Shown here one piece after another: positions 35,720 through 45,852 of a stretch of 64,000 bases of DNA. The notes beneath the pieces are model-generated. The model had not been told where the DNA came from, did no database searches, and saw only the letters and a list, made by a program, of their open reading frames with translations. Both the position numbers and the translations under genes were made by a program. Source of the stretch: Patescibacteria group bacterium (GTDB lineage Bacteria > Patescibacteriota > Minisyncoccia > JACQLN01). How positions within the stretch are numbered: the stretch's first letter is position 1; each line of letters opens with the position of its first letter. The stretch spans positions 113,546-177,545 of the forward strand of contig JBBTRR010000001.1 in NCBI GenBank assembly GCA_038065095.1. Direction: 5' to 3'.

Positions 35720-37174
35720 TTATTTTTTAATTATTTTATATATACTAACTTCTGGATTTTTATAAACTAATTCGAATTTATCTTTTTTATCAAAATTAGT
35801 TTTACTAAATTGTTTTTCCCATGGACCATAGTATATAAAATCGGCATCAATTTTTTCTAGATCAATAGGTATTTGGTCATAGTTTTTTATCAAATTAGTT
35901 ATATATTCTTTGGTTATATGTTTAGGATCGGCTAAATATTTGTTAATGGAACCTATTCGAAAATAATGGAAATAAAGATGCCAAAGATTTTTTCGTAGGT
36001 TTTGATCGGTATTAGGAGGACATAGTTCTTTGGAACAATCTATATTAAGAGTACCTGTTAATTGCTTTTCAATAGTCTCAGAATTAACATTAAAAATTTT
36101 GTTAGTTAATAAAAATCTTTTTTCTAATTCGTCGGTAGTTTTAGTGGTTAAATTGCCTAGTGGCAAAAAAGGCCGAGCCGATGTATAGGCGCCTAGGTAT
36201 AAAGAAGTCATAAACGAATTTGAGATTATTTTTGGTTCTGGTTTTAGATCTGCGTTAATCCATTCCCAAGATTCTTTTATGCTTTGTGAAAATTTATAAT
36301 TTTCCTGAATTCTAATTTCGGGATTATTTTTAATTACAAAGACATTAACTATTTTTTTTGATACAACCACTAAAGTTAGAATAACTAAGGTAATTGTTAC
36401 TATCTTTTTAACTTGTGAGCTTTTTATAGTAAATCTGGATGATAGTTCATAACAGATCATTCCAATTATTATAAATAAAAGAGGGCTGATGGTTCTTCTA
36501 AAATTATTAGGAGCAGGCACAAAACCTGTAATCAACTGGATATTCCAAATTAAGGTGGCAGATGTTAAAAAACTCCAAATGAGTATTGTTTTTAGACGGT
36601 CTTTATGCCAAAAAACTTTATAAGCTATTAATGCTAAGACTATATAAAAAATATAATCAAAGCCGAGTTCGGCAAGTCCTGGTTCTCTGCCTTCTGCTAT
36701 TCCGAGGCGATGCGTGTAGTCTGCTGATGCATTTGATTTAGAGAAGTTTAGGTAATTAATAAAATATGGAGTAGCAATTAATGTTAATGTTGCTATTAAT
36801 AAAATAAAATTTTTGAAACGAGCATTATTCCGGTGTTCGAAAATTAATGTATATAAAAAAAGTAGTGAAATTACTATTACCCAATAAACCCAATAATGAA
36901 AATAAAAATAAAATAATAATCCTGCTGGTATGGCGGCACCCAGGGCGTTTAGTTTGGTGGGTTTTTGCCAAAAATATATTAAGCCAGCGATAGCCAGAAT
37001 AAAAATAGGAAAGACAAATAATGGATAATCAAATCTGGCAAAGTAAAGTTTTTCTATTTGAGTATTTATTCCCGGAAAAAATTGTTTTACAAAATAGCCC
37101 AGAAACTCTCTAAAAGTTTCTTTTAGACCATCGGAACCTGTATCAGTAAAAATTTGTTGTAGTTTAAGCTCCAT
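35720..37174 (-). pseudogene. GT-C (ArnT/PMT-like) membrane glycosyltransferase, C-terminal ~485-aa part of a frameshift-split copy; paralog of 54110-55948
   Basis: YFARFDYPLFVFPIF...HYWVYWVIV and the C-terminal ADFIYYGPWEKQFSKTNFDKKDKFELVYKNPEVSIYKIIKK align to the intact paralog. It continues the 37164-37625 ORF in a different frame. Confidence 0.6.
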
Positions 37175-37625
37175 CAAAATTTAAAATTCTTAAAGCAATA
37201 GGCGTAAGAATTCCAATATATGCAAAAAGTAAAGACCAAATAAATGATCTATTAAACAAAATGCGACCCAGTAAGAAAAATAATAAAAATATTATTAAAG
37301 AAAATATAAATACCGCCGATAAATATGAAGTGACTACATTGCCATCAAACACAGTTAGAAAGGTAGTCATTATTAGCGAAGGGATAGCATTTAATACTGT
37401 TTTACCCTGATCATCAAAGTAAATATCTACGGGTGGCCAGTGTCCATCGTATATTTCTCTGGCTCGGTTCATATATATAAGTTCATCACGGTGTATTGCG
37501 TAATTAAGAACAAAGGGTTGTTCTTTTGCTTCAAATTGCTGTTTAATTACAAGAGGTGGCAGAATGTATAGAATTCCAACCAGAATAGATGATCCAGCAA
37601 TGACTAATATTTTTGCTAGTTTCAT
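37164..37625 (-). pseudogene. GT-C (ArnT/PMT-like) membrane glycosyltransferase, N-terminal 153-aa part of the split copy
   Basis: HRDELIYMNRAREIYDGHWPPVDIYF carries the DE loop-1 motif of GT-C enzymes. It overlaps the downstream part by 11 nt, out of frame. Confidence 0.6.
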
Positions 37626-37695
37626 TAGTTATAATATCTAAATTTACTTAGTATTTATAACAGAATTGCTAAAAATTGACAAGTAGTTTTCTATT

Positions 37696-38757
37696 ATGAA
37701 AATTTGCTATTTAAATAATGACCTAAATAATAAAACCGGTTCAGGTCGATTTTGTTTAGCTCTTGTACAATCATTGAATAAACTAATTCCTGCTTTTAAT
37801 TATAAGGTAGTAACCTTGGAGAGTATATCTTTAAAAAAGCCTTTTGGACTATTTTATTTTTTAATACGTTTAAGAAAAATACTAAAAGATTTTGATATTG
37901 TTCACGCTTTGGATGGCTGGCCCCATGGTTTTTTAGCTACATTGGCGACAATTGGATTAAAGAAAAAAGTGATTATAACTTTGATTGGAACTGGGTCAAT
38001 ACAACCAATGTATCATTTCCCTCATAAATTAATTATGAAGTGGGTTTATAAACGAGCCGATAGGTTGGTAGCTGTTAGTCAAAATACAAAAAAAGAAATC
38101 CTTAAAATTATTCCCAGTTTAAAAATTGAAGTTATAAATCATGGAGTAGACTTTGATAAATATCAAACATTAAATATTAAAAATAAAAATGATGCAGAAA
38201 TCCAGAGACTTAAACCTTATATTTTAAGCGTGGGAACATTAAAAAAAAGAAAGGGTTATGAATATTCCGTTCGGGCTTTTGCAGAAGTTGCAGAAAAATT
38301 TCCAGAATTAAAATATGTAATTGTAGGACAAGGCCATGAAGAAGAAAATCTCAAATCTCAAATCTCAAAACTAAAAATAGAAGATAAAATTATTTTTTTA
38401 AATTATTTGTCGGAGGAATTTTTGGTGGCTTTGTATCACAATGCTGAATTGTTTATTTTATTATCTCAAGATAATGGCAAAGACATAGAAGGTTTCGGTT
38501 TGGTTTTTTTGGAAGCTGCCTCTTGTGGTTTACCGATTGTAGCTACGTTAGAGACTGGAGCGGCAGATGCTGTTAGTGATGGTAAAAACGGTATATTGGT
38601 TCCAACAAGAGACAGTCATAAAGCTACTCAAGCTATAATTAAGATATTATTAAATTCCAATTTAAAAAATTCTTTTTCAGAATCGTCTTTAGAATTTGCT
38701 AAATCCATGAATTGGGAAAAGGTAGCTGATTCCTACTTTAAAATATATAAATTTTAA
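37696..38757 (+). CDS. GT4 family glycosyltransferase
   Basis: VGTLKKRKGYEY...VIVGQGHEEENLKSQISKLKI...EGFGLVFLEAASCGLPIVAT. Contains (AAATCTC)x3 at 38346-38366. Confidence 0.8.
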   Translation: MKICYLNNDLNNKTGSGRFCLALVQSLNKLIPAFNYKVVTLESISLKKPFGLFYFLIRLRKILKDFDIVHALDGWPHGFLATLATIGLKKKVIITLIGTGSIQPMYHFPHKLIMKWVYKRADRLVAVSQNTKKEILKIIPSLKIEVINHGVDFDKYQTLNIKNKNDAEIQRLKPYILSVGTLKKRKGYEYSVRAFAEVAEKFPELKYVIVGQGHEEENLKSQISKLKIEDKIIFLNYLSEEFLVALYHNAELFILLSQDNGKDIEGFGLVFLEAASCGLPIVATLETGAADAVSDGKNGILVPTRDSHKATQAIIKILLNSNLKNSFSESSLEFAKSMNWEKVADSYFKIYKF

Positions 38758-38879
38758 AGTAGGTTAAAGAAACTAAATTAGAGTTGTTTGTTGTTATAAT
38801 TATGTGCTAGTTTGTTATAGTTCTTTAACAATTAAGACTAATTGAATTTATCTTAACTATCCTAAAAAAGGAGAGAGTT

Positions 38880-40205
38880 ATGGCTATCAAGTTAGTTCAT
38901 AAACACAAGATCGCGGTAGTAGGCTTATGGCATTTAGGAGAAATTTATTCTGTTGGTTTGGCCGAGTTGGGTCACCATGTTGTGGGTATAAGTGATGATG
39001 ATATTGTAATTAGAAATTTATTAAATAATATACCACCACTAACAGAACCCGAATTAGTTGAGTTGCTGGAAAAAAACCAGTCTTCAAAAAGATTAACATA
39101 TACTACGGATTTTAGTTTGATAAAAAACTGTGAGATATTATGGCTTACGTTTGATACGCCAGTGGATGACCAAGATGAAGTAGATCTTTCTCTTATCCGC
39201 GACGCTTTGATAAAAGCTGTGCCTTTTTTACAAGACGGTGTGTTAGTGGTAATGACAAGTCAGACTCCCGTGGGCACTGCCATAGAATTCAAAGATATGA
39301 TTCGAAAAACACGACCCGATCTTATTTTTGATTATGCGTATGTACCGGAGAATTTAAGATTAGGTGAATCTCTGCATTGTTTTATGAATCCCGTAAGAAT
39401 AGTTGTTGGAGCGGAAAATGAAAAAACTTTTCAACTGATAAGAGAATTGTTTTCTTCACTAAAAGTTAATTTTATAGAGATGTCACCAGCTTCGGCTGAA
39501 ATGTCTAAACACGCTCTTAACTCTTTTTTAGCTACCTCGCTTACATTTGCATACGACATTGCTGATTTGTGTGAGAGAGTTGGAGCGGATGCTATTGATG
39601 TAATTCGAGCTTTAAAATCAGACGACCGTATTGGTCCAAAAGCATATTTGGATGCCAATGTCGGTTTTTCTGGGGGAACATTGGGGCGTGACGTGAAAGC
39701 GCTTTTAAGGGTTTCATTACAAATAGGAGTAGATATACCTGTTATTAGCAGTGTCTGGGAGAAGGGTAAAGATCGCCGTCTTATCGTGCTTGCAAGGCTT
39801 AGAGAACAACTTGGTTTGTTGGAAGGTAAAAGGGTAGCCTTGTTCGGCTTAACCTATAAGGCTGGTACGACTACTATGCGTCGTTCATTGTCTTTAGAGG
39901 TGGTTGGGGATTTGAGCTCTGCCGGAGTGGTTTTGAGGCTGCATGATCCTCATGCAGATATAGACGGACTTAAGTACCTTGATGGATTATGTTTTTTTTC
40001 AAGAGATCCATATGAGACTGCTTGTGGTGTACATGCAATAGTGATTATGACCCCTTGGCCTGAATTTAAGAATTTGGATTTTGCTAAGTTAAGAAAGGTT
40101 TTAGATTCTCCGGCTATTTTTTTAGATGGCCGAAACTTTTTTTTGGGTAAGGAACAAGAAATCACAGAAGCTGGCTTTATTTATCTTGGCATAGGGAGGA
40201 GTTAG
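38880..40205 (+). CDS. Nucleotide-sugar dehydrogenase family protein (UDP-glucose/GDP-mannose/UDP-ManNAc 6-dehydrogenase-like)
   Basis: N-terminal Rossmann KIAVVGLWHLGEIYSVGLAELGHHV, central domain, and a C-terminal UDPG_MGDP_dh_C-like region. The expected catalytic Cys position reads GFSGGTLGRD. Confidence 0.7.
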   Translation: MAIKLVHKHKIAVVGLWHLGEIYSVGLAELGHHVVGISDDDIVIRNLLNNIPPLTEPELVELLEKNQSSKRLTYTTDFSLIKNCEILWLTFDTPVDDQDEVDLSLIRDALIKAVPFLQDGVLVVMTSQTPVGTAIEFKDMIRKTRPDLIFDYAYVPENLRLGESLHCFMNPVRIVVGAENEKTFQLIRELFSSLKVNFIEMSPASAEMSKHALNSFLATSLTFAYDIADLCERVGADAIDVIRALKSDDRIGPKAYLDANVGFSGGTLGRDVKALLRVSLQIGVDIPVISSVWEKGKDRRLIVLARLREQLGLLEGKRVALFGLTYKAGTTTMRRSLSLEVVGDLSSAGVVLRLHDPHADIDGLKYLDGLCFFSRDPYETACGVHAIVIMTPWPEFKNLDFAKLRKVLDSPAIFLDGRNFFLGKEQEITEAGFIYLGIGRS

Positions 40206-40207
40206 AA

Positions 40208-41050
40208 ATGCTAAAAAACAAAAAGGCAGTAATTACTGGTGGTGGGAGGGGTATTGGTAAATCCATAGCTCAACATTTTTTGTTGGAGGAAGCAGAAGTT
40301 TTGTTAGTAGCTCGAACTCTAGCCGAGTTAGAAAAAACACGTGACGAATTAACTCCTTTGGGTCATGTAGAAATTTTATCAGCAGATGTATCTGTAGAGG
40401 ATGATGTTGAAAAGATATCTGCTAGGGTTTTGAATTTGTGGGGCGGTGTTGATATTTTAGTAAACGTCGCCGCTATTCAAGGGCCGATAGGGCACATAAC
40501 GGATGTAAATATAGTCGAATGGCGAAAGGTCATAGAGGTGAACCTCATTGGTACCTTTTTAATGATTCGGGCTTTGGTACCTTTTATGAAAGAGCTTGGC
40601 AAAGGTAAGATTGTCAACTTTGCTGGTGGTGGTGAGGGTCCTTATACTAACTTTTCGGCTTATGTAGCTTCTAAAGGCGGTATAGTGCGTTTAACGGAGA
40701 CTGTGGCAGCAGAGTTGAAAGACTTTAATATCGATATAAATGCTATAGCTCCTGGAGCTGTTAATACGCAAATGTTGAGAGAGGTTCTTGAAGCGGGTCC
40801 AGTTAATGTAGGTCGTGATACTTACGAAAAATGTTTGAAGCAAAAAGAGACAGGAGGAATATCGCCAGATAAAGCAGCCGAGTTAGTTGTGTTTTTGTCC
40901 AGTGAAGCTTCTAATGGCTTAACTGGAAAAGTTATATCTGCTATTTGGGATGATTACCATAATTTTCCTCAGCATCTTAAAGAAATTATGGGAACAGATA
41001 TATATTCTTGGCGGCGGATAAAACCAAATGATCGCGGTTACGAGTGGTAA
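40208..41050 (+). CDS. SDR-family oxidoreductase
   Basis: VITGGGRGIGKSIAQ (TGxxxGxG) and YVASKGGIVRL (YxxxK). Confidence 0.8.
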   Translation: MLKNKKAVITGGGRGIGKSIAQHFLLEEAEVLLVARTLAELEKTRDELTPLGHVEILSADVSVEDDVEKISARVLNLWGGVDILVNVAAIQGPIGHITDVNIVEWRKVIEVNLIGTFLMIRALVPFMKELGKGKIVNFAGGGEGPYTNFSAYVASKGGIVRLTETVAAELKDFNIDINAIAPGAVNTQMLREVLEAGPVNVGRDTYEKCLKQKETGGISPDKAAELVVFLSSEASNGLTGKVISAIWDDYHNFPQHLKEIMGTDIYSWRRIKPNDRGYEW

Positions 41051-41072
41051 AACAAATAAAGGAGGAGTAGCT

Positions 41073-41753
41073 ATGAAGCTATTCATTGATTCAGCAGATA
41101 TTGGTGAAATAGAGAAGTGGTTGTCTGCAGGTATTAGAGATGGAATTACTACGAACCCAACCTTGCTTAAGAAAGCTGGGGTGACGGATACTGTTTCGGC
41201 TTGGCGAGGGATTGTAGATCTTATTAAAAAATACTCGCTAACTCCCTTATCGTTAAGTGTGGAAGTTTTTAAGGATGATGCTGAAGGTATGGTTGAACAG
41301 GCTAAAGATTTTGTTAGTAAATTAAATTATCTCGGTACCACCATCAAAATTCCGATTTTAGGAACCGACGGCACAGATCGGCTTGAAGTAATAAGAATAT
41401 TGTCAGATTTGAAAATAGCTGTAAATTGTACAGCTTGTGTCCATTGGTTTCAGGCTTTTTCGGCGGCTAAGGCTGGTGCTAAATATGTTAGCTTACTTTA
41501 TTGTCGCAGTAACGATGCTGGCCTTGACGGTTTGGATATGATTACACGGACACGTCGATTGATAGACCAACATGGCTTAGTTTCCGAAATAATCATCGGT
41601 AGCATCAGACAGGCCAAGCAAGTTTTTCAAGTTTACGATGCGGGTGCGCATATTATAACTGTGCCACCCAAGTTCTTTCCAGAACTTTTGTTTCACCAAA
41701 AAAGTGTTGATACACAGAAACAGTTTTTGGCAGATGCGGGAGTGGAAGTTTAG
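41073..41753 (+). CDS. Transaldolase / fructose-6-phosphate aldolase family (short TalC/FSA-type)
   Basis: AGGAGG RBS. Product MKLFIDSADIGEIEKWLSAGIRDGITTNPTLLKKAG, about 226 aa. Confidence 0.75.
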   Translation: MKLFIDSADIGEIEKWLSAGIRDGITTNPTLLKKAGVTDTVSAWRGIVDLIKKYSLTPLSLSVEVFKDDAEGMVEQAKDFVSKLNYLGTTIKIPILGTDGTDRLEVIRILSDLKIAVNCTACVHWFQAFSAAKAGAKYVSLLYCRSNDAGLDGLDMITRTRRLIDQHGLVSEIIIGSIRQAKQVFQVYDAGAHIITVPPKFFPELLFHQKSVDTQKQFLADAGVEV

Positions 41754-41817
41754 TTCTTTATATTTAATACCCCTTGAGTTGCACTCAAGGGGTATTTGTT
41801 TTATTATCTAATCTATT

Positions 41818-42663
41818 ATGATTTCTATTGTTTTTCCTGTTTATAATGAAGAAGGGAATGTTGAAAAACTGCATTCAATTATCAAAAGAACTATGGATGA
41901 TTTTGGTGAATCTTACGAGATAATTGCAGTTGACGATGGTTCTAAAGATAAAACCCTAGAGGTAATGAAGAAATTGTCTCCGTTAAGGACCATAGTTTTT
42001 GCTAGAAATTATGGTCAAACTTCGGCTTTAGATGCTGGTTTAAAGGCAGCTAAGGGAGAAATTGTTATAACGTTAGATGCTGATTTACAAAATGACCCCA
42101 AAGATATTCCCCGTTTAATTAATAAATTGCGTGAAGGATACGATGTTGTTTCTGGTTGGCGTCGCGATAGGCACGATAATTTTGGAAGAAAAATCTTATC
42201 TCGCTTGGCTAATTGGTTGACGCGAAAAGTAACTGGTTTATTTTTGCATGATTATGCCTGTGCACTTAAGGCTTATAGAAAAACCGCTCTAATTGATCTT
42301 AATCTTTATGGTGAAATGCATGTTTTTTTGCCAGCGATTCTTTATATGCGAGGAGCCAAAATCGCAGAAATGCAAGTATCTCATCATGCTCGGACAGTTG
42401 GTTTTTCTAAGCATAACTTTTTAAAAGCAGTTAAAGATATTTCCGACCTCTTTGTTATTAAATTTATTTTTTCAGTTAAGCGTCCACTCATTGTTTTTGT
42501 TTTGGCGGGAATTGTTTTATTTTTTTTGTCTTTAGTTTCATTAGCTTTTACTGTTAGCTTAACCTTTTTTGCTATGGGTTTTATAGTAGAAATGTTAATG
42601 AGAGTATATTATGAATCTAAGGATAGTCGGCCGTATGTAATTAAGGAGGTGTTCGAAAATTAG
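41818..42663 (+). CDS. GT2 polyprenyl-phosphate sugar synthase (ArnC/DPM1/GtrB-like)
   Basis: ISIVFPVYNEEGNV, IIAVDDGSKD and ITLDADLQNDP carry the DxD motif. There is a C-terminal TM anchor. It is a paralog of 53193-54113. Confidence 0.8.
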   Translation: MISIVFPVYNEEGNVEKLHSIIKRTMDDFGESYEIIAVDDGSKDKTLEVMKKLSPLRTIVFARNYGQTSALDAGLKAAKGEIVITLDADLQNDPKDIPRLINKLREGYDVVSGWRRDRHDNFGRKILSRLANWLTRKVTGLFLHDYACALKAYRKTALIDLNLYGEMHVFLPAILYMRGAKIAEMQVSHHARTVGFSKHNFLKAVKDISDLFVIKFIFSVKRPLIVFVLAGIVLFFLSLVSLAFTVSLTFFAMGFIVEMLMRVYYESKDSRPYVIKEVFEN

Positions 42664-42670
42664 TTTGATT

Positions 42671-43606
42671 ATGATTAAAGAAATTGGTGATTATATAATA
42701 GTAAATTATCATTACGTTGAAGACACTAGGCTAGATTGGGGTGGTATTCACCCCTGTTCTGTAAAAGAATTTGAAAGGCAGGTTGATTTTTTATCTAAAA
42801 ATTTTGAAATTGTTTCTATGGGTCAGGTTTTTAATTCTGCAAAAAATGGATTAAGTGGAAAGTTTTGTGCCATTACTTTTGATGATGGGTTAAAAGGGCA
42901 ATATGAAAATGCTTTACCGATTTTACTTAACAATAAAGTTATCGGTACTTTTTTTCCAATAACCTCAACTTTTGAAGGTAGATTGCCGGCTACTCATAAA
43001 GTACATGCTTTGCTTTCGCATATATCTTCTTTAGAGCTTATTGATATTTTTCATAAATTTATTAAAGAATTTTATCCAGATATTGAGTCCACATATTTTA
43101 TCCCTAAAGATAAGCGTTTATTTGAACGAAGAAAACATGAAGATTTATTCACCGCTAATTTTAAAGAAACTATGATTAGCTTACCAGAAGATATAAAGGG
43201 CAGGTTTTTAAGATATTGTTTTAAAATGATGAAGCTTGATGAGAAAAAAATAAGCAAAGAAATTTTTATGAATAAAGACGATGTTGTAAATTTGTGTGGT
43301 CAAAAAATGGAAATAGGTAGCCATTCCCATGGGCATTATTCTATGTCGGCAGTTGGGGCAGAGTTTTTAAAAAAAGATATTCAACTCTCTAAAGATATTT
43401 TGTCTAACTTACTTAATAAAAATATTGATACTTTTTCTTATTCGCATGGTCATTACACGGATTTTGGTATAAAAGTATTAAAAGATATGGGGTTTAAGAA
43501 TGCTGTAACAATCGAACCTCGTTCTGTTACAAAAGAAGATAATGCTTTTTTGTTACCACGATATGATGCTAACGATATTAGGGATTTTATTAGTAATATT
43601 AACTAA
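42671..43606 (+). CDS. Polysaccharide deacetylase (NodB/CE4 family)
   Basis: CAITFDDGLKGQYENALPIL, HSHGHYSMS and YSHGHY. An alternative TTG start lies at 42665. Confidence 0.75.
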   Translation: MIKEIGDYIIVNYHYVEDTRLDWGGIHPCSVKEFERQVDFLSKNFEIVSMGQVFNSAKNGLSGKFCAITFDDGLKGQYENALPILLNNKVIGTFFPITSTFEGRLPATHKVHALLSHISSLELIDIFHKFIKEFYPDIESTYFIPKDKRLFERRKHEDLFTANFKETMISLPEDIKGRFLRYCFKMMKLDEKKISKEIFMNKDDVVNLCGQKMEIGSHSHGHYSMSAVGAEFLKKDIQLSKDILSNLLNKNIDTFSYSHGHYTDFGIKVLKDMGFKNAVTIEPRSVTKEDNAFLLPRYDANDIRDFISNIN

Positions 43607-43609
43607 ATA

Positions 43610-44506
43610 ATGTCCGATAATAAATTTGATTATAGTCAGGCTAAATACGAAAAAATAAACTGTAACTTATGCAGTCAAGACAATAATGAACCCATTAGTC
43701 GTAAGGATCGTTATGGCTTACGAGTTCAGACGGTGATTTGTATAAATTGTGGTCTAATTTTTATTAATCCTAGAATGAGTCGAATTGATTATGATCAATT
43801 TTATCAATCTACTTACAGGGCACAACTGGAGGAACGTAATGGGAAAAAAATTGATCTAGATAATCTTTTTATTAAGTCTACAAAATTGGGGCAAAAGTTA
43901 GTTGAACGAATTGGCGATTATATAAATTCCGGTTTAACTCTAGAAATTGGATCAAGTTGCGGTGGTATCTTAAACGGTCTTAAACTGGCTAGACCATATT
44001 TAGAAATTTTAGGGTTAGAACCTTCTTCCATAGAGGCCAAATATGCTAATGACAAAGGCATAAAGACTTTCGTTTCAATGTTTGAGGGTTTTCAGGAGTC
44101 TCTGCCTTCTTTGCAAAATATTTTTATAGTGCGCAGTTTTAATCATTTGCTCGGCCCGGCTGGTTTTATAAAGTGGTCGCACGACCAGCTTTCTTCGGGA
44201 GGTAAGTTAGTAATTATGGTTATTGATTTTATAGAAGCTTGTCGTAATCGTGGCGCACTAAAAACACAAATTGATCATCCTTATATGTTTACTCAAAAAA
44301 CCCTAGTTAGTTTTGTGCAAAGTGGTGGTTTTGATATAGAATACAATATTGTTGAAGGTGATTATATTTATCTGGTTGCAAGAAAAAATAACCATAAACC
44401 TTTTAACAAATTGGAAATAAACCCTCTGGCCTATAAAGATGCAAAGAAATATTTGAAGCCGTTCAAGCTGTGGTGGAATTATCAGGTTAATAAGTTATTT
44501 AATTAG
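43610..44506 (+). CDS. SAM-dependent methyltransferase with an N-terminal Cys4 zinc ribbon (sugar C-/O-methyltransferase-like)
   Basis: CNLCSQ...CINCGLIFINP zinc ribbon, then LEIGSSCGGILNGL. Paralog of 52210-53187. Confidence 0.65.
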   Translation: MSDNKFDYSQAKYEKINCNLCSQDNNEPISRKDRYGLRVQTVICINCGLIFINPRMSRIDYDQFYQSTYRAQLEERNGKKIDLDNLFIKSTKLGQKLVERIGDYINSGLTLEIGSSCGGILNGLKLARPYLEILGLEPSSIEAKYANDKGIKTFVSMFEGFQESLPSLQNIFIVRSFNHLLGPAGFIKWSHDQLSSGGKLVIMVIDFIEACRNRGALKTQIDHPYMFTQKTLVSFVQSGGFDIEYNIVEGDYIYLVARKNNHKPFNKLEINPLAYKDAKKYLKPFKLWWNYQVNKLFN

Positions 44507-44508
44507 AA

Positions 44509-45846
44509 ATGATGAATACTATTTTTATTACTTCGTTTCATCCATCAATAGGTCAAAATATTCTATCAGGAGATGTGGTAAAGAAACTACTGTTAAGAGA
44601 AGATGTAAGGATTGTTATTTTTTGTCCGGACTATAAAACAAGTTATTTTAAAAATGAATTTGATCATCCTCATATATTTATTGAAGGTATTAAAATCGAA
44701 AAACCGACATGGCATGATATTCTTTTTGGTTATATAAGTCGATCAGTCATTAGCAGTTCAACTTTACTTATACATCGAAAAGAACTTTTTTACAGGAAAA
44801 AAAAGATTTTACCTTTTGTGTTTTCTTATTTCTTAGTGATTTTAGGCCGAATGTTTTTTCTAAAAAAAGTTATTAGATGGTTAGATCAACTAACATCTCC
44901 CAAAAGTAAATTTGAAAACTATTTTAAAAAATACAATCCTAAACTAATTTTTGCCACAGATGTATTTAATCGAGATGATATTGATTTTTTGGCATGTGCT
45001 AAAAGAGCAGGTGTATTTAGGGTCGGTATGGTTCGTTCTTGGGATAACATAACGGGGAAAGGCTTGATTCGTATAAAGCCAGATATGTTGATCGTTCCAA
45101 ACGGAATAATAAAAGAAGAGGTTATAAAATATCAAAGCATACCACCCAAATATATATATGTGAGCGGGTTACCGCAAATGGATTTTTATGTTAAAAACAC
45201 AGACAGGATGAGTAGAGAAGTTTTTTTTTCAAAAATTGGTTTAAATCCTAACAAAGTTACTATTTTTGTAGCCCCCCATGGTAGACGCTTTTTTAATGAT
45301 GATGGTTTTTTATTAGAAAAACTTAAAGGATTACCTTATCAATATATAGTTCGTCTGCCCCCCAATGACACTATTAATTATCTCAATTTTATTCCTAGCT
45401 CCATTTTTTTTATTGAACATCCCGGTATATCATTTAAAGAGGGTGTATACAATAACAGGGAATTGTCCTTGAGCGATTCTTTTATGTTGGCTACTGAACT
45501 TTTTTATGCTGATGTTGTATTAAACTATGGTTCCACCATTTCTATTGAAGCTGCTTTTTACGATAAACCGATCATAAATTTTTTTGGTGATGCCCAAAAA
45601 AATTTACCATATATACAAAGCGAAAGAAGATTTTTTGACTTTAGTCATTTGAATAAGCTGTGGAATCTAAATTTTTGCAAGGTATCATATAATTTTGATG
45701 ATCTTAAAAAGCAAATTGATGAATACTTAAAAAACCCCTTACTAGATAAAAAGGGTCGATCAGATTTTTTGAGGCTGCAAGCAGGATATTTAGATGGGAA
45801 ATCGGGGGCTAGAATTGCGGATTTTTTATTAAATCACCTGAACTAG
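44509..45846 (+). CDS. GT-B-fold transferase, paralog family member 2 of 4
   Basis: VRSWDNITGKG, IVRLPPND, VVLNYGSTISIEAAFYDKPIINFFGD. Confidence 0.55.
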   Translation: MMNTIFITSFHPSIGQNILSGDVVKKLLLREDVRIVIFCPDYKTSYFKNEFDHPHIFIEGIKIEKPTWHDILFGYISRSVISSSTLLIHRKELFYRKKKILPFVFSYFLVILGRMFFLKKVIRWLDQLTSPKSKFENYFKKYNPKLIFATDVFNRDDIDFLACAKRAGVFRVGMVRSWDNITGKGLIRIKPDMLIVPNGIIKEEVIKYQSIPPKYIYVSGLPQMDFYVKNTDRMSREVFFSKIGLNPNKVTIFVAPHGRRFFNDDGFLLEKLKGLPYQYIVRLPPNDTINYLNFIPSSIFFIEHPGISFKEGVYNNRELSLSDSFMLATELFYADVVLNYGSTISIEAAFYDKPIINFFGDAQKNLPYIQSERRFFDFSHLNKLWNLNFCKVSYNFDDLKKQIDEYLKNPLLDKKGRSDFLRLQAGYLDGKSGARIADFLLNHLN

Positions 45847-45852
45847 GTTAGT

